Shown here piece after piece: positions 13,112 through 26,500 of a stretch of DNA of 64,000 bases. Source of the DNA: Antedon mediterranea (Eukaryota; Animalia; Echinodermata); NCBI RefSeq assembly GCF_964355755.1, contig NC_092675.1, positions 12,209,812 to 12,273,811 on the forward strand. Direction: 5' to 3'. The notes below the pieces were generated by a model. The model worked only from the letters and a program-made list of their open reading frames with translations, was not told where the DNA came from and did no database searches. Numbering within the stretch: position 1 is the stretch's first letter; each line of letters starts with the position of its first letter. Both the position numbers and the translations under genes were made by a program.

Positions 13112-14206
13112 ATGTCTAAATTTGACATATCGGTGGAGTATTTTGATCCAACCATACAAGAATGGGCGAGATGGATCGCCAGGTTTGATAACTACTTAGT
13201 GGCGGCGAACGTGACTGCTGACGTAAGGAAGAGAGCACTACTGCTACACTTCATAGGCCCAGGTAACTTTAACACATTTGAAATGCTACCAAATAAAGGT
13301 ATGACATATGTACAGGCAAAAGAAGCTTTGAAAAATTACTTCTTACCATCATCGAACAGTGAATTTGAAAGATCAAAATTTAGAAAGTTACAGCAAAATA
13401 AAAGTGAGAGCATTGACGTGTATCACATTAGACTACGTGAACAAGCTGATAAGTGTGATTTCCATGATATTAGTGGAGAGATTAAATCACATATTATTCA
13501 ATCGACAACAGATTCTAAGCTAAGAAAATTTGGTTTGAAAACGGGAGGATGTACATTAGATGAGTTACTTCTACATGGTAGGACAAATGAACTAGCAACT
13601 AAACAATCTAATGAAATGGAGAACTGTGATAATACTAGTAGTAGTATGTCTAGTCGTAGTGGCGAGACTAAGGCAGATCATTCAGTTAATAAAATAACTC
13701 AATCGAAGCAATGTAATAAGTGTGGTTCTACACCAGGCCATACCGCTTCACAGTGTCCAGCTAGCAATAGAATATGCTATCGTTGTTCAAGAGTAGGACA
13801 TTATGCAACACAATTTTATTCAAAGAGTAGAAATTCTTCACGTGGTAGAAACAACCAGCGACATAACAACCAAAGTTCACGCGGTGGTAATAGGAGACGC
13901 GGTAATCAAACAGGAAGTACACGAGCACGAGCTAGATGTGTCAATCAAACAGAACGAGGGTTCTCAGATGATAGTGACAGTGATCATTCAATGTTTGTAT
14001 TAAGTAATAATAAGATAGATAGAAGTCATTTCAAAACCATTTTAAACGTAAATGATGTTAATCTTGAAATGCTAATTGATACTCAAGCTGATGATACTAT
14101 AATGTCTATTGATACCTACAACAAATACTTTAGTCATATTAAAATTGACCCAGATGTTATTCCTCTTAAAACATACAGTGGTGAGAAACTTTTAATTGGA
14201 AAAATT
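13112..14206 (+). pseudogene. Gypsy gag and aspartic protease N-terminus
   Basis: W..WIARFDNYL...KRALLLHFIG gag motif; two zinc knuckles (CNKCGSTPGHTASQC, CYRCSRVGHYATQF); MLIDTQADDT protease motif in the same frame. Confidence 0.9.
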
Positions 14207-14393
14207 TTCATTTCATTTCATTTTCATTTCTTTATTCGACAACAAGCGGTCCAGGGATTGCGACAGCAACAGAGCGCCATAACACATTTGTGTCCGCAAT
14301 CCCTGTAACATACAACTTAATACAAGTTAAAAATGAATATAAAATATACAGAATATATAAAAAATTTAATTAATTTGTATTAATATATTAATT
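14207..14393 (-). mobile_element. Very short 5'-truncated LINE 3' end inserted in the protease
   Basis: The minus strand ends AATAAAG(AAATG)n. Removing it rejoins LIGKI to KCKVVDK...PTLLGVDWL. AATT is present at both junctions. Confidence 0.7.
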
Positions 14394-15652
14394 AAGTGTA
14401 AAGTTGTTGACAAACAAAATGTCATACACTATCTGAGTGCTAACGTAGCTGACTATAATATAAAGCTAAACCGACTTTACTTGGTGTAGATTGGCTTAAT
14501 GTGGTTAAACTAGACTGGTCAAAAATAACCCAAAACTTAAATTCCAGAAATGTAAATAGTCTGCAAAAAGATAAAGGTGTAAATTTGAGAGATAATTCTC
14601 AGTTACAGGCAGTGTTAAAAGAACATGCACAATTGTTTGTGTCTGATAAGAAAGGTATTACAGGAGAAAAAGTTCATATTAACATGAAACAAAATGTTCA
14701 ACCCATATATTGTAAAGCTAGATTTGTACCATATGCAATGAAATCTAAAGTAGAAAGAGAGTTGGTTAGATTAGAAAATGAACATGTACTAACGAAAGTA
14801 GAAACATCAAATTGGGCATCACCTATAGTAGTGGTTCCTAAATCCGACGGTACTGTTAGAATTTGTGGGGACTATAGTGTTACCATAAACCAACATGTCA
14901 CAGATGAAGAATACAGCTTACCCAGTGCTGACTCTGAACTTTCAGGAAAACGTGTATTTACAAAGCTTGACTTATCACATGCATACACACAGTTGAATAT
15001 TTGACGAAGAGAGTAAAGAGTTTGTAACTATAAACACACACAAAGGTCTATATACGTTTAACAAACTGCCGTATGGAATTAAACCTGCATCAAAGCTGTT
15101 CCAAAAACAAATGGATAAGATGTTAACAGGGATTGAATGTTGCTTATGCAATCAAGATGATGTTTTGATCCATACGAAAACCGAAGCTGAGAACTTAAGA
15201 GTATTAGAGACTGTATTTAATTTTAAACGTTTCAAAGACAACAATGTAAAACTAAAAACTTCCAAGTGCAAATTTTTGGAAAGCGAAGTAGTGTATTTGG
15301 GATTGCGAGTCGACAAACATGGTATATCTCCGGTTGATAGCAAAATCAAACCGATTAAAGAGGCTCCGCAGCCACAAAACACCAAACAACTAAGATCCTT
15401 CCTAATCCTAGGGATGGTGCAGTTCTATTCGAAATTCTTACAGAACTTATCTACAGTATTGAAACCATTAAATACACTGTTGAAAGATGACGTAGAGTGG
15501 AAATGGACAGCGGATCACCAAAACGCATTTGACTGGTGTAAGAAACAACTAACTTCAGATTTGTGTTTAACACATTATGATGTAAAGCGACCATTAATTT
15601 TGTGTACTGATGCTAGTCCTTGTGGCATAGGTGCTGTTATTTCGCACATAAT
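14394..15652 (+). pseudogene. Gypsy pol: protease C-terminus, reverse transcriptase and start of RNase H
   Basis: WASPIVVVPKSDGTVRICGDY, FTKLDLSHAY, LPYGI, NQDD, LRSFL..GMVQFY and TDASPCGIGAV motifs. Frameshift near 15000. Confidence 0.92.
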
Positions 15653-16760
15653 CAGGGCTCGATTTAGGGCTAGCCCGGCGTACAATGGCTAGTAAAAACA
15701 GCTCCGGGCTACCTAAAGTATCTTCCTTTAAGCCCGGATGGCTAGTAGGTTGTGGGAACTCGAAATTGGGACGAAATGACCTCATAAAAATAACTCCAGC
15801 ATAAAAGACGTATGTCTTGGCAACATCAGCAAAAAAAACCACTCGCGCGCTGCTGCTGTGGCCATAACAAGTGATGATGTAGGCGGAGCCTCTCATAATC
15901 AAACAAATTTCCCGAATTATGATTGGCCATTTATGTTTTTGTCACCCAGGTTATTGTGAAGTAGGCGGAGCTTCATTATCAGGTCAAACATGTCACAAAA
16001 ATATGACCATAAATAACGAACTGTGATTGGCCAAATGTAGTAGAATTTTGCCAATGTTAAAAATAACTTGTCTAGTCTTGTCATCAGGCCTGGTTGTCAC
16101 AGATCAAAGCTAGGGATATTTTGTAGGGCCGGGTGGCTGGCTCTATCCCTGTAGGTAGGCCATGGAGGCCATATTTTATATTATGCGTAGGAGGCCTAGA
16201 TAGAATCAAAAGCCATCGTTTGGCATCGTGATGGCTGCTCAGCAGCAGCTAGGCCTAGTACCATTTTGGTACAGTAGGCCAGGTGCTCCAATGCGATCTA
16301 GTAGGTAGGTCTATCCTAGCTACCCTACTATAATAATAGGCTCTAGGCCTAGGCCTCTAGCCTAAGGTAGACAGAATCTAATTAGTTTTCTTGGCTAGGT
16401 TGAAGCCCAACAACAAAAAGACCTCAATAAATCGATTCTGTGAATATGTTGAGCATGAAATAGACTATGCGTCGCAACGCAAAGTTAATTTTTATAATGT
16501 GAACCGGGATGTGAACAATAAAGAAATACAATTTTGTGTAATTTTTCATGCAATAATAGTTTAATACAGTTTGTATGTAAATGTGTAGCAATTCTCGAGC
16601 GTTTAGATTAGTGCGCCCTCTATTGTACAAAATGCCTGAATTCATTTATATGCCGGCCCTGCTATCACGGTGCGATAATAAGAGTGGGCTAGTAAAATAA
16701 TGTATGGGCTAGTGAAATCTACAGTGAACTAGCAACATGAAAAAGATAAATCGAGCCCTG
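15653..16760. mobile_element. Non-autonomous hAT-like element with 5-bp TSD
   Basis: Perfect 14-bp TIR CAGGGCTCGATTTA/TAAATCGAGCCCTG and TSD ATAAT (15648-15652, 16761-16765). Interrupts RNase H at ISHI|MDD. Confidence 0.88.
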
Positions 16761-18263
16761 ATAATGGATGATAATACATACAGAGAAACCCATTCATTAC
16801 GCATCGCGAACGCTAACAAAGAGTGAACAAGGTTATGCACAGCTCGAGAAGGAAGCATTATCAATTATTTATGGAATCAAGCGCTTTAACAACAAGTATC
16901 TCATAGGTCGAAAATTTACGATTCGTACGGACCACAAACCATTAACTAAGATACTAGGTCCAACCACCGAGGTGCCGGTAGTGGCAGCTAGTAGAATCCA
17001 ACGGTGGGCGTTACTACTTAACGAATACAACTACGAAATAGAATACATACGTTCAGAGGATAACGCAGTGGCAGACGCTTTATCGCGCTTACCACATAAA
17101 GAAGAAACCCAACAACTTGAACATGCGATCTACAGTATCAGTATTGATGAAGACTTTCCAATCAAAGCAGATGAAATTGAACGAAAGACTATAAAAGATG
17201 AACCTTTAAGTAAGGTACTTAATTATGTAAAGCAAGGATGGCCTAATGAGGCTGCATGTAAACTTCTAAGTGAAAATAATAGTTTGAAACCATTTGTACA
17301 GGGAAAGCTTGAGCTAACATGTGTTGGAAATTGCCTATTATGGAGTTATTATTGCTACTGAATTACGAGATAAAATGCAGATAATTGCCCGATCATACCT
17401 GTGGTGGCCTAAGCTTGATCTAGATATTGAGAATATGGTTAAGAGTTGTAATCCATGCCAAAGTGTTAGGAGTAGTTTACCTACCACACCACTTATTCCT
17501 TGGAAATGGCCAACTAGACCATTCCAGAGAATTCACATTGATTTTTGTGAGAAGGATAAAGATAATTTCTTAGTGTTAATTGATAGTCACTGAAAGTGGT
17601 TAGAGGTAGTTCATATGAAAACAACCACAAGTACTAGAACCATTGAGGAACTAAAACTAATATTTGCACGTTTGTTTGTGATAACGGTCCTCAGTTTGCA
17701 AGTACAGACTTTAAAATATTTTGCCAAAATAATGGTATTGCATTAACGTTTTCACCTGTTTATCATGCACCCACAAATGGGGCTGCCGAAAGATCGGTTA
17801 GAGTCATTAAAGAGGCGTTAACAAAACAAGTGATTGAAGGCAAAAAGGATAATATCAAAGTTAGACTAGCTAACTTTTTATTCAGATACAGAATGACACC
17901 TCATACAACTACTAAGTGTACACCATCTGAATTATTTCTGAAAAGAAATTTAAGAACAAGACTGTCATTAGTAAATCCTAGTTTAGCAGAACGAATAGAA
18001 TGTAACAATATAGCCAAAAACTACATAAAGATCCTAAAACACAATCAGAAAGAATCTTTTCAGTGTCAGACAAAGTAAAAGTGAAAAACATGAGAACACA
18101 AGGTAAAGGACAAGACAAATGGCTGAATGGCATAGTAATAAAGGTATTAGGTCCAAGAAAGTATGAAGTTAAAATAGGACGATTGGTTAAAATAATACAT
18201 CCGAATCACATGATGTTGGATACCACATCTGATGTAAAGAGAGAGAAAGGAAAAGGGAAATAA
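16761..18263 (+). pseudogene. Gypsy pol: RNase H and integrase (frameshifts, stop codon, deletions)
   Basis: EKPIHYASRTL, YAQLEKEALSII, TDHKPL, ADALSRLP, ARSYLWWP, CNPCQ, PFQRIHIDF, DNGPQF, YHAPTNGAAER and YRMTPHTTT motifs. Confidence 0.92.
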
Positions 18264-18323
18264 GATGTAATCATTATATAGTTAATTTAAATGTAGAAGA
18301 TCTTGTTTTTGTTATATGCATTA

Positions 18324-20351
18324 GGCCAAATAAAAAAACATACTTGTTAAGCGTCACCGCCCGCTCCTGATTATCCAGCCGCCTCTCTTTTTATTTATTT
18401 TTTTTTTTACCCATATATACAACGGAAAGTTCAGCGGCCCGGCCGCGATTTTTTTTTTTGTACATAAGTTGGGGACCCCCTCATGAAACGTCACAAAATA
18501 AACATGAATAATTCATTAGTTAAATTTTCTTGTTCCGTGTGCACCCAAGCGTATAGCAACAAGAAGTGATTACACAAGTGCGGTACAATTCTAGGCCTAT
18601 CTCCGCTGTTGTTGCGACGTGCGATTTCATAGAAGATAGCGGCGTTTTGTGTGGATTGTCGAAATAATCAGCCTTTAGTTTATGGTGTTTTTAATATAAT
18701 TTATTACTAAAGAATTAACGTGTTAAAATTATAGTTTCTATTAATACTATTATGCCTAATTATTAGTCTCTAAACCCATGTCTATTCTAGTAGTAGCTGT
18801 GGGTGTGTGTGACGTGTGTGTTAGGTATGACCAAAGATAGTTATCTTTGGTATGACACAATCCGAGTAATAAGTCAGCAAAATTAAACAATAAATTACAC
18901 AAAAATACATTTTTTATTCTCGTGGGTGAAATCTTCCCATCTCATGTGTTCATATACGCGCATTTTTAAAGTTCCTTTGAGTACATCATGCATATTGTTT
19001 CATAATAAAATAGCAGAATTAAAAAAATACAGTACACAAATTATAGGCTACACATTCTTTATTCTTGTGGGTCTAAGCTTTCTTTGGGCTATGTCCAATG
19101 AATTACTACTTAGTTTAATGTCTTGCCTAGCTGTCGATTAGCCTCGACTCGACACATTTTGTGTGAAGAAGAGTGCGCGAAGGCAATCACGTGAATTTAC
19201 TTATCCTAGGCCTACTGTAGAAAGTATCGTATCGGCCCCAGCTCCAGAGCAGGGCTCAGAATTCACGCTAGCAAACTAGCATTTTGCTAGTAGATTCTTC
19301 ATAGTTAAAAATTTCAAAACTAGCAAATGTTTGCTAGGCTGGTGTAATTTTTGAAAAATACGTACTTCTTAGCTTAGCCACGCTAGCTAGCCACCGATCG
19401 CTCTATGTCGACAACGGCAATTTGGTGAAAACAATTGTGTCATTTACACGCCGCCGATTTACGTCAAGAAAACGCGAATAGCACCGCGAATCAGGTAATG
19501 TGGTAAACAGCAAGCTTTTTCCCCAACACATTAAATCACGTGCATTTTTTAGTACGTCGCTGAGTCATCAGTCACATGATTACAGAATACACGATTATCA
19601 ATTTAGGGATTTAACAAAATAAATATTTTGCCTACACAGTGGTCGAAGCGCGTTTTTTATAGGTTCGTAAATAGGAAACACCCCATACATAATGGACTCT
19701 ACCAATTTTGTTTACGATGATCTCGAGATCGGCACACCACGAGGTCCTGTTGGGCGATGGGTTTTCTTATGCCTGATTTACTATGGAATAATTACACACA
19801 CTTTTCGCATCACAACTTTAAATACTGATTTACACAGCAATTGGCAAAGGATTCATCAAAGAAGAATGAATACGTTGAATAAAAATTCACTTAAGAAATG
19901 CCGTAAGCTGTTTTCAAAATCAGCCCACTATTTAGTATTATTGAGACCAACGTCATGCTTCTCGCGATAGGGAATTTCCTGGATAGATGAGTCGAGCGAG
20001 AGACGGCGGACCATGGCCGATGAGTGAGGCGGGGGTGGCAGCTTGGACGGATTAGCCTAGGGCCTACAATTTCGCTCGGTGGCAATTAAATTTAATGTTT
20101 TAATTACGTCTGGATATAAACAATACAAAACTCAATTTTGTCATCGGCAATAATATTTCATACATAGTCAATTTTGTTCTGTTTCGCATTTTAAAAGTTT
20201 GACGTTTCGTCCTAAAACAAAGTGGGCCAAAACGTCCATCGTGCAAAAATATACCTCCATAAAAAGTAAAAAAAAAAAAAAAAAACCGTCCCCCCGCCCC
20301 TGAAAATTTATGAGGGTGTGACGCTTAACAAGTATTTTTTTTTATTTGGCC
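18324..20351. mobile_element. Non-autonomous TIR element with 3-bp TTA TSD (PIF/Harbinger- or Zator-like)
   Basis: TIR GGCCAAATAAAAAAA(C/A)ATACTTGTTAAGCGTCAC at both ends, with TTA at 18321-18323 and 20352-20354. An orphan CAGGGCTC hAT-like end lies at about 19250. Confidence 0.82.
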
Positions 20352-20356
20352 TTATG

Positions 20357-20548
20357 TTTATTAGTTATCCGCATTGAGCGGATAACTCCTTGTAACTGTC
20401 CTGTTTCATCATCTTTTTTTTTTGGTTATCCGCAACTTGTAAAGTTGCGGATAACCCTTGTTATTGTAAATATCTTTTTCTTCATCTTCATCTTCTTTGT
20501 TATTAGTTATCCGCGGATATTAGCGGATAACTCCTTTTAATCGTCCTG

Positions 20549-20579
<31 letters not shown>

Positions 20580-23500
20580 AGTTATCCGCACTTGGCGGAT
20601 AACTCCTTGTGATTGTATGGGATCATCATTTTTTTTTTTTTGGTTATCCGCAACTTATAAGTTGCAGGATAACCCTTGTGATTGTAAATATCTTTTTTCA
20701 TCTTCTTTGTTATTAGTTATCCGCTTAGTAGCGGATAACTCCTTGTAATCGTTCTGTTTCATCAAATTTTTTTTTTTCTGTATTATACTTCTTTCTTTCT
20801 GTCATTTTTGTGCGTCGCGTTTCTCTAAAACGTGTAAACAGAACATATCGTAACTTTGTCAACATATCGACATTTACGTGAACTTGTGCACCTCCTATTT
20901 TTGAATGACGTCAGAGTTGCGCAACGTGACTTACGTGCGATTTTATGAATTTCAATGATTGATCATAGACTAAAAACCAAACATAATTTTGTTTTGAAAG
21001 TTTGTGAACATTTAAGTCATATCAAGCGCAAACTTTCTATGGATTAAAAATAGCATGTTTCACAAAAAGTTACGCGCGCACGCGCGTTTAAAATTTTAAC
21101 GTGCGAAATATCAACTTCTAATCAACTTTCTATGCGTTTCATGTCATTTTGAGCATGTCAAAAATTCCCACGCGCGCGAACATTTTTACGCACGCGGTGC
21201 ACACGTAGCGTTAAAAACATATTTTTTTCGCGTGATTTATGTTTTTTCAGCCTTTTCTAGTAATGTTACCAAATTTTAAACAATTTCGACTTAAAATTAC
21301 GTCATACGAGCACGTCGAATTAGATAATTTGCACGCGTATTTTGTGAAAAAGTTCAAAAATTCGTCAAAATTATGCCTATTTTTAAACAGTCATAGATTC
21401 TAAACTACATGGAGAACTTTTTTTTAATTACATATTCTGGAAGTTGATGAGTTGTAGATATCGGATCATTCATTAATATGGCTAACCGGACTTTGTGACG
21501 TCATCGTATGGCCACGCGAATATAAAATATAGGATTTTTGTCTATTTCGTCATAGCTCATCACATTTAATAGAGCGCATCTCCACTTATTTGTTGTCCAT
21601 TTTCATTCCGATTTTAATATATTCTAGATCTATCAACTATCTTTTGCATGAATTAAAATTTTTTTAATTTTTTTAACGTCATCATGCCTAAAAATTTAAA
21701 TTACGTTGGTCATTAATTTCATCTTTACAGTAAATTTTAATCTGTTATGCCTCGTAAGAATAAAATGTGATAATCACAATTAAAACGTTTTCAGGAAGCT
21801 ATTGTATTGTAGATACAAAATCATGTGTAAATTGTGCCAATCGAATGTTGTGACGTCATCATATGGCCAGTTAAATAAAAAAAGTCGTATTTTCATCTTT
21901 TGCATTATATTTCATTACAGTTAAAAGAGCGCGCATCAATATTTCACGTATTCAAATTTCTTCTACACGTTAATACGTTGTTGCTGAGATAATTTCATTC
22001 AGAAATTTCTACTTTTACATTTCATTTTGAAACCGTCAAGATGTTAAAAATTACAATAAAATACGGGTCCCGTAATTTCACCTATTTTACACTGTTTGTG
22101 ATATGTATACAGATTGTACTGTGTATACTATATGACACAAAATAACAGAATTCAGAAATAACAACATATCATATTCTTCAGGTCAGGTCATAATGCCTTA
22201 ATATTTTTCTGTGTGCAATATTCTAACGTATGACGTGCACGTGGCGTTTGTCGAGCGGATAACTAACTCGTCAAAGTGACAAGTTTCATGTCTAGTTCTT
22301 CTTTCTTTCCCGGATTTTTGTGACCAGCATATCTCTATTACTTGTGAACATAACTTTGTATAACTTGGTAAAAAGATTGACATTGAAGTGTAGATGTGCA
22401 GCCAAGCTTTTGGACGATGTCATAGCCGCGTTGCGTAAGTTACGCGCAATTTTATGAATTTCTATAACTGATCATAACTATAGAACCAACAAATATTCTT
22501 TCATGAACCTTAGTGAAAATTTAAGTCATATCAAGGGCAAACTTTCTATGGATTAAAAATGGCATGTTTCACAAAAAGTTACGCGCGCACGCGCATTTAA
22601 AAATTAAAAATGCGCAAAATTAATTTCTAATCAACTTTCTACGCTGATCATGACATTTTAAGCATGTCAAAAATTCCCACGCGCGCGAAAAAAATTACGC
22701 GTAAGGTGCGGACGGAGCATAAAAATCATGTGTTTTTCTCTTGAATTATAATTTTACAGTCTTTCCTAGTTATTTTAAAAAAGATTGACATCATTTCAAA
22801 TTAAAATGACGTCATACGAACACGTTGATTTACACCATTCGCGTGCGTTTTAGTTGCAAAAGTGACAACATATTGTCAAAATTAAGCCTATTTTTAATCT
22901 ATTATAGCTCCTCAGGATCATCCACGACCCCCAATTTTTTTAATTTAATATGTAAGCAGATACGTTGTAGATATGAATTCATGCCGAACCTTTACCACTC
23001 GAATGTTATGACGTCATCGTATGGCCACACGAATGTAAAATATAGGATTTTTTACTCTTTCGTTATTGCTCATCACATTCAACAAAGCGCATCTCGCTTA
23101 TACGTATTCCATTTCCCCCGAAATTGTAATATTGTCTACATCAATCAACTATCTCTCGCATGAATTAAAAATATTTTAATTTTTATGACGTCATCATGTC
23201 TAAAAACGTAAATAACTTGGGTCACTTATTTTCATCTTTACAGTAAATATCAATCTGTTATAGCTCGTCAGATTAAAAAGTGATAATCATGATTAAAACG
23301 TTTTCTGGAAGCTATTGGATTGTAGATATGAATTGATGTGAATATTTTGCCAATCAGATGTTGTGAAGTCATCATATGGCCAGTTGAATTAAAAAAGTCA
23401 TATTTTCATCTCTTGCGTCAAAGTTCATTGCGTTTAAACGAGAGCGCATCTCACTTTTACGTTCCGAAAATTCTTCAAATTTGTTTTAATGTAATTATTT

Positions 23501-26500
23501 AGATAATTTTCTTCTAAAGTGGTTATCTTTATATGTCAATTTGATGATGTCATCGTGTTAATAATTGGATTTAAAAGATGGGTCTCGTAATTCCGTCTAT
23601 GCTACACTGTATATAACATACAGTTTATTCTGTAAAATACTGTAATATGGTGTATGCTACATAATAGGTACAATTCAGCACTGTAAACATTTTTATTTCA
23701 TGTCAAAGGATGGCATAATAATTGTCGAGGTTTATATAGTTTAAAGTACGTGCATGTTGCGTATGCGCGGATAACCCGAACTCGTCAAAGTGACGAGTTC
23801 AAATCTAGTTTTTCTGTATTATTCTTATTTCATTCCTTCCATTTTTGTGTAGAGCGTTTCTCTAACATGTGTAAACGTAACATTTCATAACTTTGACAAC
23901 ATGTGGGCATTTATGTGAAGTTGTGCACCTCCTATTTTTGAATGACGTCTGAGTTGCGCAACGTGACTTACGCGCGATTTTATGAATTTCGCGTATTTAA
24001 CATAGGTCAAAAACCAAATAACATTTTGAATTGAAACTTTGCAGAAGTTTAATTTATATCGTGCGCTAACTTTCTGTGGAAAAAAAATTGCGAGTTTTAC
24101 ACAAATTTACGCGCGCACGCGCATTTAAAATTTGAAAATGCGAAAAAACAATTTCTAATCGACTTTCTACGCGTTTCATGTCATTTTGAGCATGTCAAAA
24201 ATTCCCACGCGCCCACAATTTTTTACGCGCGCGGTGCGCACGTAGCGTTAACAACATCGCTTTTTTGAGTGATTTATGTTTTTCCAGCCTTTTCTAGTAA
24301 TTTTACAAACTTTTAAACAATTTTGACTTAAAATGACGTTATACGAGCACGTAGAATTGAACAATTTGCCCGGGTTTTTGATGAAAAAAATCAAAAATTC
24401 GTCAAAATTAAGCCTTTTTTTAAACAGTCGTAGTTTCTATACTAAACAATGAAAGTTATTTTTATTACATATTCTGGAAGTTGATGAGTTGTAGATATCG
24501 GATCATGCATTAATATGGCTAACAGTAGGTATCCCAATGAAGCGGATTTTCGTTACCGCGATTTTAACACGTTCGTGAAATTTCAAAAAGTGACGTGTCT
24601 TTGAAGTTAACAATATACTATTTCTTATATACACATGTGAATAAAAATTATATGTCTGGAAAGATCTTGTTTAAGGGATTATTTTCATATATTTTTAATC
24701 TATGTTTATTAAATATTTTAATAGAAAAGGCGAGTTAAAAATGAGGTACAAAAGCCGGCGAGCCGAAATCCGCGCGCTAAAAATAACTTTGGAAAACACC
24801 TACCCATTTTCAAAACACGATCGCACGAGGTCCATAATAGGTGGTGGAGTAATTTTTGTTGCATGTCATCAGGCTTTAAATACTCTTTATTTTGATATGT
24901 AAATCGGTTATTATTATTATGTACATCCGCCTCAAATGTAAATTTTAACGATAAAAATTGAATTTTTTAGTCTTTCTCATTATCAAAATCTGGCTAATTT
25001 AGTATTGAATTGAAGCTAATTTATATTTCTGTTTGATAAACCACATCGTTTTATTTGACTTTGCGTGGACCTCGTGCGAAGAGGCCAACAAGACCAACCA
25101 CTGAAAAAAATAATCCCTACCATAAATATCAGTGTTTACCATTTTCCTTACGGGGGGGATTCAGTTCTCCGCTTATTACTAAATTACCGTCGCCCAGACA
25201 ATGTGCATGGTATACATGTATTAGCGCGTTAATTAATGATTGGATAACCCCTGCAGTGGACTGTTCCATTTTCTGAACTAGTCTTCGCCGCACACGAGGC
25301 ATGTCGAAAAATGTCGCCTCTCATGGAATATTTGCTTCGAAACGTCAATTTTACCGATTTATTAAATTATTTAATAAGTGGAATATTTATAAATCTACTA
25401 TATAAAGCAAGTACGTTAGGAAGAAATGTACCGAAGAAATTTAAGAAGCTTTGATTTTGCTATGCAGCGGCCGTAAGCCATTCTATGTAGGCGGCCGAAA
25501 CGCGCTTTGGCCTGTGTTGCCGTTGTATGTCTACGCTGTTTCTAGGCCTAAATTTTATTCCGTATATTTCAATTCAAAGTGCAACTTTCGGTTAGAATAA
25601 TCGAAAGGGAAATAAAATTAAACATGTTACAATTATACCATTGAGGTAATTACTTTGTTAAATAAAAAAATTCTTCCCGATATTTCTTAGGCAGAATTTA
25701 GCGTCAGGCTTTTATTAGACCTTAGCTAGGGGCCTATATAACTTAACTTGTAGTAGGCGCGGCCGAGTCTACGTTCGGCCCGGCGCTCCAAATGGAATCG
25801 AACACATAATAAGCACGGGCTTAATTCTTATTTTTGGCGGTTCGAAAATCAATTAAAATAATATATGATTATAAATATAACTTTGAATACTAGAATTATT
25901 AAAAAAATGTATACTTACGAAAAATAATATTTAATGAAAAGAAACAATACCCACACAGTTTTTTAACGCAATATTTTTTTTTTTCACATTTTAACATTTT
26001 TTAACAATATTTTATGTTGTATTTCAGAATTACCTACCTGTCAATATAAATAACCTTACTAAAATACATATTACATTTTATGCAATGCAAAAAAAAAGAA
26101 GTTAATTCACACATTGGTTCAAAAGTTATGAATCATTTAAAGACAGGAACTTTTTGGGCATTTTTGAGACATTGGGAAAATCGCGCGTAAAAAGCCCTCG
26201 GACGAATTTTGGAGGGCGATATCTAAAAAAAAAATGTCGAGGACACCCAAAAAAAAAATAGTCTTGTACAACTCTGTTGTATCTATGGGTTTGGAAAAAA
26301 TAAGAACTTTAAAATTATTAGTATAAAAGTTATAACCCTTCAAAAATGGGTTCAAATATAATTAGAAAAAGTGCCATTTTTCAAGCAAAAATCACTGTTT
26401 TTTGGGCACTTTAACGGACCATAACTTTTGAATGGATAATCCGATTTCAATCATTTAAATTGCAAAAGTTTATGTTCAGTAAGTTCCTTCTGATTAACTG

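Noticed and set aside
20360-20745. CRISPR-like array of palindromic repeats with variable spacers
   Set aside because: Eukaryotic context and no cas genes. The spacers are related T-rich sequences, and the repeats are the 5' subterminal hairpins of the Helentron-like family.
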